The notes under the pieces: generated by a model
Database searches by the model: none
What the model saw: the letters and a program-made list of their open reading frames with translations, nothing else
Told to the model about the DNA's origin: nothing
Translations under genes and position numbers: made by a program
In this document: positions 10,301 through 19,490 of the stretch, piece after piece
Layout: each line of letters begins with the position of its first letter
Position numbering within the stretch: the stretch's first letter is position 1
Source: Bacillota bacterium
Lineage (GTDB): Bacteria; Bacillota; Ch66; Ch109
Assembly: GCA_050952625.1 (NCBI GenBank)
Contig: JBMNLH010000001.1
Span: forward strand, 768,001-832,000
DNA length: 64,000 nt
Reading direction: 5' to 3'

Positions 10301-10931
10301 ACAGGAAATTACGGCCTTGGGCGAGGTTAATCTGGGTGCGGTGGAAGAATACGAAAGAGTTAGCCATAGAGAGCATTACTTAAGAACCCAGCAAGCAGAC
10401 CTGCGTAAAGCATGTCACGGATTGGAACAGATTATTGTTGAGTTAGACCGGGTAATGGCCGAACGTTTTCAAACAAGCCTTGATAAAATTAACCAGAACT
10501 TTGATTTGGTTTTTCGGGATATCTTCGGGGGTGGCAAGGCCAGGCTGTATTTGACTAATCAGGATAGTCCACTGGATTCTGGATTAGAGATTATCGCCCA
10601 ACCCCCAGGTAAAAAGCTCCAGCCCCTTTCATTATTATCCGGGGGTGAAAGAGCCCTAACCGCGATCGCTTTGCTCTTTGGCATCCTTCAGGTTAAGCCC
10701 GGCCCCCTGTGCATCCTGGATGAGATCGAGGCCGCCCTTGACGAGGTGAACGTGAAGCGGTTTGCCCAGTTTTTGAGGAGGTTTGCCGAGAAAACCCAGT
10801 TTATTGTGATTTCCCACCGGAAAGGAACTATGGAAGTTGCGGATGCTTTGTATGGATTAACCATGGAGGAGAAAGGCGTTTCCAAACTAATCTCGGTCCG
10901 CTTGGTAAACCCAATCGAGCAGGTGGTTTAG
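7341..10931 (+). CDS. smc: Chromosome segregation protein SMC
   Basis: Walker A GPNGCGKS, coiled coils, hinge (GRVTFLPL, GGSLTGG), LSGGE signature, LDEIEAALD. Confidence 0.97.
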   Translation: MFLKRLEIQGFKTFADRLDVEPVGQITAIVGPNGCGKSNIVDGIRWVLGEPNARTLRGTRMEDIIFAGSDRRKPVGMAEVSITLDNSLKILPIDYNEVRITRRVYRSGESEFLINRAPCRLRDIQNLLQDTGIGYESFSIIGQGKVDAILSSRPEERRRLVEEVAGITRHLTRKQDSLRKLEETKNALIRLEDVLEELGEQLGPLEEQAVRAKSYRKLQAELAALETKLWLREWYQLEGRHQKNRLIWEDIKQKCEDQERELQLATEQLALQRLVWQEAREELEKETEALHEAQQAAERAKLTGQMLRQKYEAYQEQEAEAKRQTLECRGVLDKLLDERVQAEKRRQQLQTRLAEQQEKLEQLTGQEANLSKSCSTKSQEIEQIKSDLIENLKLAAEKRNVITRLRIQEDNRERRAVQIRQEKQARLTRREELRKQIWGIEQTMAEQANRLLQIKQLKDELLNRDQWLSQKLIKWTEENRRREDRSRFIESRLQVLREMEQTYEGYSQAVREIMRCRQTESFGAGIRGVVAELIEFPTQYEKAIEVALGGAVQNVVTDTERIAREAIHFLKTGKHGRVTFLPLDTIRPLSLEDSRAIQSGMGILGRAVDLIKYNPIYRPVMEFLLGRVWVAESMEAAANWARQQGFTRRVVTLDGEVFNPGGSLTGGSLPDKKRHIFGRRREIKELEAASIREQEILQLQQKEMEDLKQKIQDLKKSRADLEQEQYQLELVRISGQKDLVHLKQELDKLLERLTIIDYEEKDLTEQGSGLHQEIQLLEQELSSLTQRETVTREELEIIQLTWEEERRQLKTIENNISNLREARAAGKQRLLGLEDNLSRLEREEDRLKQKLAAYQQRIQETTAQLGKLRDGLAVEASQLNAAEDRANIYQAKVISIRNHFLVQQNNVQHLEQSCQQKRLELNQLLNQKHSLEVQITKLEAEGQGWLERLWEVYQISRDQAQYLINEEATKITAFNSREARHRIKELQQEITALGEVNLGAVEEYERVSHREHYLRTQQADLRKACHGLEQIIVELDRVMAERFQTSLDKINQNFDLVFRDIFGGGKARLYLTNQDSPLDSGLEIIAQPPGKKLQPLSLLSGGERALTAIALLFGILQVKPGPLCILDEIEAALDEVNVKRFAQFLRRFAEKTQFIVISHRKGTMEVADALYGLTMEEKGVSKLISVRLVNPIEQVV

Positions 10932-11124
10932 CCTCACTATCCATTTATCACCCAAAAGGTTGAGCAGCCCAGATAACACACCAAAAGTAGTCGGATACCA
11001 CCAAATCCAGGGCCTAATTTTATGTTAACTAAGAATGAGATAGTAGGCCAAGCTGGGTATCGCATATAGTGTTTTAGAAGATAATATGGATAAAGCTTGG
11101 AGGGGAAAGGATGGATTGGATCTC

Positions 11125-13305
11125 ATGGCTAGAAAGTTAAATATTGCCTTTCTCTGGCACATGCACCAACCTTGTTACAAGGACCTGCATACCAATCGGT
11201 ATCATCTGCCCTGGGTTCGTTTGCACGGAATCAAGGGTTACTATGACATGGGGCGTATTGTTGAGGAAGTGGAGGCAGCCCGAGTTACTTTTAATTTTGT
11301 TCCTTCTCTGCTAGAACAGCTATCGGATTATGCCGATGGCATTGGCACCGATATCTATCTTGAACATACGTTAAAGCACCCAAGTGACTTATCTAGAGAG
11401 GAAAAGATTTTCCTACTTAGCAATTTTTTTCACGCCCATCCGGATCATATGATTCGGCCTTATCCCCGGTATGCGGAATTAGAGGCAATGCGGGGAGACC
11501 CGTATCGGGTGGGGGAACGGGTGGATCAGTGGACCGGCCAAGATTACCTTGATCTCCAAGTCTGGTTTAATCTGACTTGGTTTGGTCAAACGGTTAAAGA
11601 CCGTGATGAGGAGATTCAGGGACTGATTCGCAAAGGAAGAGGCTATTCTGTAGCCGATAAAGAGCGAATTATCGTTAAGCAGCGGGAAGTCCTCAAGGAG
11701 GTGGTACCACTTTACCGTCGGTTAACTGAGAGTGGTCGAATTGAATTAACCACGACTCCTTACTACCATCCAATTCTGCCACTCCTTTGTAATACGGATG
11801 AGGCTCGAAATTCGATGCCCGGGGCTCCTTTGCCCAAAACACGTTTTGCTTATCCTGAGGATGCAGATGCTCAAATCAGAGGTGCCCTCGCCTATCACGA
11901 AGCAATGTTTGGGCGACGTCCCCGGGGGATGTGGCCATCAGAAGGTTCAGTCAGCGATGCGGCCCTTGATTTAATTGCGCGAAACGGGATCGTCTGGACC
12001 GCCTCAGATGAAAACATCCTGATGAATACTTTGCGCCGAAGTGGTCGGGAAATACACGGACGGGATTACCTCTATCGGCCTTATTTGTGGGAATCTGAGG
12101 GAGGGCAACTGGCTGTCTTCTTTAGGGATCACCTTATTTCTGATTTAATTGGTTTTGTCTATCACCGTTGGTTTACGCCAGATGCAATTGGAGATTTTTT
12201 ATATCGTCTATCTAACCTAAGCCGGGAATTACCCCAGGACCGCCCCAATCTGCTTTGTATTATCTTAGATGGCGAGAATGCTTGGGAATACTACTACCGT
12301 CAAGGTTATGACTTTCTGACTGGTATCTATCGCGGCTTGGGTGAGCACCCAGAATTAGAGATGGTTACTTTTTCTGAGTATCTTTGGCGGCATCCGATTG
12401 GGGAAAGAACGACCCGGATTTATCCTGGTTCCTGGATTAATGCGGATTTTGGCACTTGGATCGGCCAGCCGGCCAAAAACCGGGCTTGGGAATACTTGGC
12501 TCGAACCAGACGGGATTTGGAAGAGTATTCTCCTGAGCAACATTCAGATGACAAGGTAGAATTAGCCTGGCAAGAGATGATGATTGCTGAAGGCAGTGAC
12601 TGGTTCTGGTGGCTGGGTGATACTCATTCCAGTGCCCTGGACGCTGAGTTTGATGAACTATTTCGGATCCACCTGAAGAATGTCTATTTGGCTCTTGACC
12701 GCCAACCCCCGGACTACCTTAACCACTCCGTGGCTGGGGCGGAGGACCATCACGGCCAGGAACCGAAGGGGTTGATTCACCCGGTCATTGATGGTTGTAT
12801 CACTCACCTTGATGAATGGAAACTATCGGGATCTTATGTTTTTAATCAGGGGGCCGGAGCGATGCAGCGTTCTAGCTATCTGGTTGAAAGATTGTATTTT
12901 GGATTTGATCCAAATTACTTATATCTGCGGTTAGAGGGAAATGGCTGTTCCTGGTTGCGCGGAGATGAGCCGGGAATGACAGATACCTTCGGGGAGCAGC
13001 CACAGATCCAAATTATTGTATCCCACCAAGATTCTTTTGTGATTCGGGCAGCTGCCGCGGATAATGGAGAAGCTGGGGTTATCACCGACCTAATTCCCGG
13101 GACTGACGGGCAGAGTGTTGAACGTTTACAAGCTGGTTCCTTGAACGGAATTCTGGAAATAGCAGTACCGATGAATAAGATAGGTCTCGAGCAGGGACGG
13201 AAATTTAATTTACAAATCGTAGTTTTAAACGAAAAGGGTGAGCTGGAGCGATGGCCTAGTCATGAACCGCTGCAGATCATTGTACCAGAAATAAATAGTA
13301 TGTAA
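11125..13305 (+). CDS. GH57 glycoside hydrolase, amylopullulanase-like
   Basis: WHMHQP, GMWPSEG (nucleophile Glu), LDGENAWEYY (acid/base Asp), AEGSDWFWW; start could be 11086. Confidence 0.88.
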   Translation: MARKLNIAFLWHMHQPCYKDLHTNRYHLPWVRLHGIKGYYDMGRIVEEVEAARVTFNFVPSLLEQLSDYADGIGTDIYLEHTLKHPSDLSREEKIFLLSNFFHAHPDHMIRPYPRYAELEAMRGDPYRVGERVDQWTGQDYLDLQVWFNLTWFGQTVKDRDEEIQGLIRKGRGYSVADKERIIVKQREVLKEVVPLYRRLTESGRIELTTTPYYHPILPLLCNTDEARNSMPGAPLPKTRFAYPEDADAQIRGALAYHEAMFGRRPRGMWPSEGSVSDAALDLIARNGIVWTASDENILMNTLRRSGREIHGRDYLYRPYLWESEGGQLAVFFRDHLISDLIGFVYHRWFTPDAIGDFLYRLSNLSRELPQDRPNLLCIILDGENAWEYYYRQGYDFLTGIYRGLGEHPELEMVTFSEYLWRHPIGERTTRIYPGSWINADFGTWIGQPAKNRAWEYLARTRRDLEEYSPEQHSDDKVELAWQEMMIAEGSDWFWWLGDTHSSALDAEFDELFRIHLKNVYLALDRQPPDYLNHSVAGAEDHHGQEPKGLIHPVIDGCITHLDEWKLSGSYVFNQGAGAMQRSSYLVERLYFGFDPNYLYLRLEGNGCSWLRGDEPGMTDTFGEQPQIQIIVSHQDSFVIRAAAADNGEAGVITDLIPGTDGQSVERLQAGSLNGILEIAVPMNKIGLEQGRKFNLQIVVLNEKGELERWPSHEPLQIIVPEINSM

Positions 13306-13349
13306 GAAGATGGGTGGTGTAGTGAATTAAGATGGGAAAAGGACCGGAG

Positions 13350-15521
13350 ATGAAGAAAAGAATAAACCTACTTTTTGGTATTCATTGTCACCAGCCGGCA
13401 GGCAACTTTGATTTTGTCTTCGAACAGGTGTATCAGCAGGCTTACCTGCCTTTCGTGGAAGTTATCGCTAGACATCCTCAAGTAAAGATTACCCTTCACT
13501 ATACCGGTGGCCTGCTGGAGTGGATTACTGACCGTCATCCGGAGTGGTTTGAAATAGTCCGGCCGATGGTTGAGTCAAATCAGGTTGAATTACTGGGTGG
13601 AGGGTTTTATGAACCAATCTTAGCCGTAATCCCGGAAGCTGATCGTCGGAGTCAGGTTACCCTCCTTTCTGACTATTTAATGGACAAGTTTGGCCAAAGG
13701 CCCCGGGGAATGTGGCTAGCCGAACGAGTGTGGGAATCTTCAATTGTCCCGGCTATAGTTCGGTCCGGGATAGAGTATGTGTTGGTGGATGATTTTCATT
13801 TTATCTGTGCTGGCTTAGATCCAACCGAACTTTATGGTTACTATTTAACTGAAGAGGAAGGTTATCGGTTGGGTGTCTTCCCGATTGACGCTAAATTAAG
13901 GTATTTGACCCCTTTTCAATCAGTGGAGAAGTCTTTAGAATACCTGGCTGAGATTGCTGATGAAACCGGCCAGCGTTGTGCGATAGTGGCTGATGATGGT
14001 GAAAAATACGGTAGCTGGCCGGACACTTATGACTGGGTCTATCGCCAGGGTTGGTTAGATCAGTTTTTAACTGCTTTAGAGCAGAATCAAGATTGGATTA
14101 AGACTATGACTTATTCTGAGGTACTGGACACAATTCCGCCTTTAGGCAGAATTTATCTGCCTACCGCCTCCTATTTTGAAATGGGGCAATGGTCTTTGTC
14201 CGCTCCCAAAGCTAGAGCCTTGGGCAATATCCATCGAGAACTGGAAGATAAGGGCCGTCTGGAAGAAATCCGACCCTTTTTACGTGGCGGCATTTGGAAA
14301 AACTTCCTGGTTAAGTACCCGGAGAGCAATTTAATGCATAAAAAGATGCTTTACTTAGCCGACCGGGTTAAACAGTTGCCCGAATCGGAGGAAAAAGAGG
14401 CAGCCCAAAAATTAATTTACAAAGCCCAGACTAACGATGCTTATTGGCATGGGGTTTTTGGCGGTTTATACCTGCCGCACTTAAGACAGGCGATTTACCG
14501 CTACCTGATTATAGCAGAAAGATGCTTAGATGCCGCCAGATTAAGAGAGGATCGCCAATCTGGGATCAGATCCGCCAGCGTAGTTAAGCCAGAGTTTCTA
14601 GATCTGGACAAGGATGGACGCGAAGAAGTCATGGTCGCTACTCCTTTTTACACCTGTGGGGTGACCCCGCACAATGGCGGACAGGTTTATGAGTTCAGTA
14701 TTAAACCCCTGGGCGTAAATCTGTTAAATACTTTACGTCGACACTATGAGCATTATCACGAAAATCAGGTTGAACAAGCCACTGAGCCTCCAGATGGTAA
14801 TGGGGTACAAACCATCCACTCCCGGGAAACGGAGTCTGACCAAGCTTTGCGTAACGAAGTGTACCATGACTGGTATGCCAGAACGGCCTTTATCGATCAT
14901 TTTTTGGGAAAACACGTTGATCTTAAGGAGTTTGCCCGTAGTACCTATCCTGAACAGGGTGATTTCGTCAACCAAACTTATTTGATTCAATCGCCGCCAG
15001 AGCCTGATCAAATTAAAGAAAACGGCCACTCGTGGGAGCTGATTTTACGTCGACTCGGCGGAGTCTGGGAAGGGGATTCTCGTATGCCAATCGAAATAGT
15101 CAAGTCTTTTACCTTCCTGGAGAAAAGCTTGATCGTTAAGTACTCAATTTCTAATGCTTCCGATAAATCAGTTTCGCTTCGCTTCGGGGTAGAGTGCAAC
15201 TTGGCTATGCCTTCGTGTGGGGGGCCGGGGGGTAAATATCGAATTGATGGTCAACCTGGCTCTGAAGAAAGCTTTGCTTCATGGGGTGAGCATGCTGCGG
15301 TTAAACGGTTAGAATTAACCGATGACGTACTCAAAGGAACTGTCAGCCTGGAATGGGATCAACCAGCTACCCTCTGGAAATTCCCGGTTGAAACAGTCTC
15401 GCAGTCCGAAAGCGGTTGGGAGAAAACCTATCAGTCCTCAATGATCATGCCCATCTGGTATTTGGAATTAAATCCCGGCGAGGCCTGGCCGATAAGTTTG
15501 AGCCTGCGGGTTGATTGGTAA
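13350..15521 (+). CDS. GH57 alpha-amylase/4-alpha-glucanotransferase
   Basis: HCHQP, GMWLAERVWE, DDGEKYGSWP, NDAYWHGVFGGLYLPHLR, C-terminal TVSQSESG. Confidence 0.9.
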   Translation: MKKRINLLFGIHCHQPAGNFDFVFEQVYQQAYLPFVEVIARHPQVKITLHYTGGLLEWITDRHPEWFEIVRPMVESNQVELLGGGFYEPILAVIPEADRRSQVTLLSDYLMDKFGQRPRGMWLAERVWESSIVPAIVRSGIEYVLVDDFHFICAGLDPTELYGYYLTEEEGYRLGVFPIDAKLRYLTPFQSVEKSLEYLAEIADETGQRCAIVADDGEKYGSWPDTYDWVYRQGWLDQFLTALEQNQDWIKTMTYSEVLDTIPPLGRIYLPTASYFEMGQWSLSAPKARALGNIHRELEDKGRLEEIRPFLRGGIWKNFLVKYPESNLMHKKMLYLADRVKQLPESEEKEAAQKLIYKAQTNDAYWHGVFGGLYLPHLRQAIYRYLIIAERCLDAARLREDRQSGIRSASVVKPEFLDLDKDGREEVMVATPFYTCGVTPHNGGQVYEFSIKPLGVNLLNTLRRHYEHYHENQVEQATEPPDGNGVQTIHSRETESDQALRNEVYHDWYARTAFIDHFLGKHVDLKEFARSTYPEQGDFVNQTYLIQSPPEPDQIKENGHSWELILRRLGGVWEGDSRMPIEIVKSFTFLEKSLIVKYSISNASDKSVSLRFGVECNLAMPSCGGPGGKYRIDGQPGSEESFASWGEHAAVKRLELTDDVLKGTVSLEWDQPATLWKFPVETVSQSESGWEKTYQSSMIMPIWYLELNPGEAWPISLSLRVDW

Positions 15522-15530
15522 ACGGGGCAA

Positions 15531-15559
15531 TTGCACGAACAGCCCCGTTATGGTAAGCT
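15531..15559 (+). promoter_or_regulatory. SigA-type promoter for ftsY, overlapping a hairpin at the end of the GH57 pair
   Basis: TTGCAC-N17-TAAGCT with extended TG; inverted repeat AACGGGGC/GCCCCGTT at 15521-15549. Confidence 0.5.
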
Positions 15560-15595
15560 GTATCCAAAAGTGGGTAAAGGAGTTCGGGTTCGGTT

Positions 15596-16600
15596 ATGGG
15601 GCTGTTCAGCAAACTCAAGGATACCATAAAGGAAACGAAAGAAAGCATTAAGGATACGTTAAAGGAGACCAAGGATAGTATCAAGGACACCTTGTCGGCA
15701 GCTCGGTTAAAGGAAGGTCTGACGAGGACCCGCCAGGAGTTAGTGGAAAAGGTTGAACAGATAATTACCTTTCGAAAAACTATCGATGAGGAACTTTATG
15801 AGGAATTGGAAGAGGTGTTGATTCAAGCCGATGTAGGGGTTAATACCACACTCCAACTGATTGAGGGATTGCGCCAAAAAGTGAAAGAACGAAAGATTAC
15901 CGAGCCAAGCCAGTTGAAAGACCTGCTGAAAGAGGAGATCGCTCAGGTTTTTGAGTATGAGCAAGCAGCCCTTAATCTGTCGGCCGGACAACCAGCTGTG
16001 TTTCTGGTAGTGGGAGTCAACGGCGTCGGCAAGACAACGACGATCGGTAAATTAGCTTATCGTTATCGTCAAGAGGGCAAACGGGTAGTCGTCGCAGCGG
16101 CTGATACCTTTCGGGCTGCGGCCATTGACCAGTTAGAGATTTGGGGTGATCGGGCCGGGGTCGAAATAATTAGCCACAAAGAGGGGGCTGATCCAGCGGC
16201 GGTTGTGTTCGATGCTTTACAAGCAGCTCGCTCCCGTCAAGCGGATATTTTGCTTGCCGATACAGCCGGTCGTTTACATACCAAGGTAAATCTAATGGAA
16301 GAGCTGAAAAAGGTACGTCGAGTCGTCGAACGGGAGTATCCGGGTGCTCCGCATGAAGTCCTCTTAGTCCTGGATGCGACAACCGGACAGAATGCTATTC
16401 AGCAGGCAAAAATGTTTACTGAGGCCACCGGGGTGACGGGGATTGTCCTGACAAAATTGGATGGGACCGCTAAAGGTGGGATTGTCATCGCGATTGCGGC
16501 TGAACTGCAGATCCCTGTCAAACTGATTGGGATCGGTGAACAAATGGATGATCTGCGTGATTTCTCAGCTCAAGAATTTATTGAGGCTTTATTTGATTAA
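15596..16600 (+). CDS. ftsY: SRP receptor FtsY
   Basis: [35 protein letters not shown]. Confidence 0.97.
   Translation: MGLFSKLKDTIKETKESIKDTLKETKDSIKDTLSAARLKEGLTRTRQELVEKVEQIITFRKTIDEELYEELEEVLIQADVGVNTTLQLIEGLRQKVKERKITEPSQLKDLLKEEIAQVFEYEQAALNLSAGQPAVFLVVGVNGVGKTTTIGKLAYRYRQEGKRVVVAAADTFRAAAIDQLEIWGDRAGVEIISHKEGADPAAVVFDALQAARSRQADILLADTAGRLHTKVNLMEELKKVRRVVEREYPGAPHEVLLVLDATTGQNAIQQAKMFTEATGVTGIVLTKLDGTAKGGIVIAIAAELQIPVKLIGIGEQMDDLRDFSAQEFIEALFD
15617..15694 (+). repeat. Degenerate 33-bp in-frame tandem repeat (about 2.4 units) in the ftsY 5' end
   Basis: [11 protein letters not shown] / [11 protein letters not shown] / KDTL. Confidence 0.8.
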
Positions 16601-16637
16601 TTGTAACTTTAACACGGCAAATGAAAGGAAGGATATA

Positions 16638-17444
16638 ATGAGCGCAAGAATCGCGATCATTGGGGGAACCGGGGTCTATGATCCAGCAATTCTGACAGAT
16701 ATTAGGGATGAAATAGTGAAGACGCCTTTTGGCGAGGTTCGGGTGAAACTGGGAAACTACGCTGGCCGGGAAGTTGTTTTTGTTCCTAGACATGGGGAGA
16801 AACATTCGGTTCCCCCTCACCGCATTAACTATCGAGCAAATATTTGGAGCTTAAGAGAACTGGGGGTAGAACGAGCAATTGCCACAGCTGCGGTTGGCTC
16901 ATTAAATACTGACATGAAGCCCACAGATCTGGTCATGGTTGACCAGTTTCTTGATTTTACCAGGGGCAGAGAACAATCGTTTTACGAAGGCGGGGAGGAT
17001 GGCGTCTTTCATGTTGATGTTACCAACCCATACTGTCGTGAGCTAAGGCAAACTCTATTTCGCAGTGCCAAAGATTTATCATTACGGGTCCATTTTAACG
17101 GAACTTATGTCTGTACCGAGGGACCCCGTTTTGAAACTGCGGCCGAGATTCGGATGTACCGTCAATTGGACGGAGATGTGGTCGGCATGACCAGTGTCCC
17201 TGAGGTAGTTTTGGCTCGGGAGTTGGGGATTTGTTACGCGACTATTGGCATGGTTACGAACTATGCCGCGGGCATATCACCTAATCCGCTGACCCACAGT
17301 GAGGTTGTGGAAGTAATGGCCAAGAACGTAGCCAACTTGCGGGATCTAATTATGAAATCGTTAAAAAACATGTCGTCGCAGCGCTGCTCAGATTGCGCAG
17401 CGGTTATCAAAGAGGCTCCGATACGGGTGGGTCGTAGAGATTAG
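16638..17444 (+). CDS. mtnP: Methylthioadenosine/methylthioinosine phosphorylase
   Basis: IIGGTG, PRHG..H..PPH.INYRAN, EGPRFET.AE, VGMT; VTNYAAG suggests a 6-oxopurine substrate. Confidence 0.9.
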   Translation: MSARIAIIGGTGVYDPAILTDIRDEIVKTPFGEVRVKLGNYAGREVVFVPRHGEKHSVPPHRINYRANIWSLRELGVERAIATAAVGSLNTDMKPTDLVMVDQFLDFTRGREQSFYEGGEDGVFHVDVTNPYCRELRQTLFRSAKDLSLRVHFNGTYVCTEGPRFETAAEIRMYRQLDGDVVGMTSVPEVVLARELGICYATIGMVTNYAAGISPNPLTHSEVVEVMAKNVANLRDLIMKSLKNMSSQRCSDCAAVIKEAPIRVGRRD

Positions 17445-17484
17445 ACCCGTGATGTCATTGCGGTGAAGGAGAGACGGAAGGATA

Positions 17485-18537
17485 ATGGTTAAGGCAATTA
17501 CCTGGCAAGATGACTTTCTTAGACTAATTGATCAAACGAAATTACCTTTGACGACAGAGTATATAGATTGTCGAGATTACCAATCCGTAGCCCAGGCAAT
17601 TCGAACGATGCGCGTTAGAGGGGCCCCGGCCATTGGGGCCGCAGCCGCTTTCGGGATAGTCCTGGCGGCGAAAAGATTGCTTGAGGCCCAACCTAGCGTT
17701 AACCGGCCGGATTATTTAGCTCTGCTTCAAACAGCGGCCAGCGAACTGCAGGCAACCCGTCCGACCGCAGTTAATCTTTTTTGGGCAGTCAAGCGGATGC
17801 TGCAGCGATTAAATGAGGTTGCCACCGAAACTCCAGCGGAGATTACCCGACTGCTGGAGAAGGAAGCCCAGTCTATTTGGGCAGAAGATATTGCCATGAA
17901 TCATCGGATTGGCCAGTTTGGCCTGTCGTTAGTTCCAGAAGGGGCCAGAATCTTAACTCATTGTAATGCTGGAGCTCTAGCGACAGCTGGTTACGGGACC
18001 GCTTTGGGGGTTATTCGGGCGGCTCATGCGGCGGGTCGCCGAATTTCAGTGTGGGCAGATGAAACTAGACCCTTGCTGCAAGGAGCACGCTTAACCGCTT
18101 GGGAACTGTTGGAAGACGGCATTCCCGTAGCCCTGATTACCGATAGTATGGCCGGTTACCTGATGCAACAGGGAAAAGTAGACTTAGTCATTGTGGGGGC
18201 TGATCGCATCGTGGCCAACGGCGATGTTGCCAATAAGATAGGTACTTACACCTTGGCTGTTCTGGCTCAGATGCACGGTCTGCCTTTTTATGTGGCGGCA
18301 CCATGGTCTACGGTCGATTTGTCGTTAAGCTCCGGTACGGAAATTCCGATTGAGGAAAGAAGTCCCGAAGAGGTTCGAATGGTGGCGGGCCAGTACATTG
18401 CCCCCCCGGCAGTACCAGTATACAACCCGGCGTTTGATCTAACCCCCAGTCGGTTAGTTACAGCGATTATTACGGATCGAGGAATTATCGGGCCGCCCTA
18501 TAATGAGAGTTTGTCGGAATTGGCCGACCGTAATTAG
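17485..18537 (+). CDS. mtnA: Methylthioribose-1-phosphate isomerase
   Basis: VRGAPAIG, RPTAVNL, THCNAGALAT, ETRPLLQGARLT, NKIGTY. Confidence 0.96.
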   Translation: MVKAITWQDDFLRLIDQTKLPLTTEYIDCRDYQSVAQAIRTMRVRGAPAIGAAAAFGIVLAAKRLLEAQPSVNRPDYLALLQTAASELQATRPTAVNLFWAVKRMLQRLNEVATETPAEITRLLEKEAQSIWAEDIAMNHRIGQFGLSLVPEGARILTHCNAGALATAGYGTALGVIRAAHAAGRRISVWADETRPLLQGARLTAWELLEDGIPVALITDSMAGYLMQQGKVDLVIVGADRIVANGDVANKIGTYTLAVLAQMHGLPFYVAAPWSTVDLSLSSGTEIPIEERSPEEVRMVAGQYIAPPAVPVYNPAFDLTPSRLVTAIITDRGIIGPPYNESLSELADRN

Positions 18538-18555
18538 ATTAAGGGGGACCGCTTA

Positions 18556-19329
18556 ATGAACGAGGGTTGTCAGTCTGACTGCCGAAACAACCCAATTGAT
18601 CGGCTGGCGGACCAGATCTTATGGGCAGCTCGCGAAATGTTTCAGCGAGGTTTAGTGGTCGGTGCCTGGGGAAACATTAGCCTTCGGTTAGCAACCCGCT
18701 GCGGTGACGGACGCTTTTTGCAAAATGGTCTGGCTGCTGCTTCCTCTCCCGGAGCATTGGCTTCAAACAGTCAATCGGACATTGACCACGATAACCTGAT
18801 TCTGATTACCCCGAGCGGAATGGATTATAATCAACTGCAGAAAACTGACCTGGTAGCGATTAATTTGGAAGGCCAGATTATCCGGGGACACCGTCGTCCT
18901 TCAACTGAGATGGCTCTTCATCTTGCCATCTACCGGCAACGCCCGGAGATCCGGGCCATCGTCCATACGCATAGCGTTTTCGCCTCTGCTCTCGCTGTAG
19001 CGAGAATTCCTCTCCCCCCTATCTTAGAAGAACTAGCGCAGTTGCTAGGCCAAGAAGTACCCGTAAGTGAATACGCCCTAGCCGGGACCGAAGGCCTGGC
19101 GGAAAATGCGGTCAGAGCTCTCGGCCAGGGACCGGCTGTATTACTGACGAATCATGGTTTAGTTGGGGTAGGCAAGACTGTGCGTGAAGCCCTCATGATC
19201 TGTCAGGTGGTGGAAAAAGGGGCTCAGGTCTATATCTTTTCCCGAATTTTAGGTTCACCTCGCGTCCTAAGTTCAGGGGAAGTAAGGCAGCTGCGAGAGG
19301 AGTATTTATATCATTACGGTCAGAAGTGA
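18556..19329 (+). CDS. Class II aldolase (FucA/Ald2-like)
   Basis: GNISLR, ITPSG, PSTEMALH, VHTHS and NHG metal-binding motifs. Confidence 0.88.
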   Translation: MNEGCQSDCRNNPIDRLADQILWAAREMFQRGLVVGAWGNISLRLATRCGDGRFLQNGLAAASSPGALASNSQSDIDHDNLILITPSGMDYNQLQKTDLVAINLEGQIIRGHRRPSTEMALHLAIYRQRPEIRAIVHTHSVFASALAVARIPLPPILEELAQLLGQEVPVSEYALAGTEGLAENAVRALGQGPAVLLTNHGLVGVGKTVREALMICQVVEKGAQVYIFSRILGSPRVLSSGEVRQLREEYLYHYGQK

Positions 19330-19490
19330 TTAGACGCAGGTTCTTATATTTTAATGATTGCTAGTTTCCTGTATTCAGGGCCAAACAGATAATTAGCCCA
19401 ATAGCGTCAAGATGCTAACTTGCTTAAATTCTAACCCTAGATATAAAAATAATAATTTTGTTGACGGTTCAGTTTAAGGGGGAAGTAGAA

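Noticed and set aside
10945-11070. Three CACC(C)AAA motifs and a CATATAGT sporulation-sigma-like -10 before the GH57 pair
   Set aside because: Irregular spacing and no correctly placed -35; could be chance
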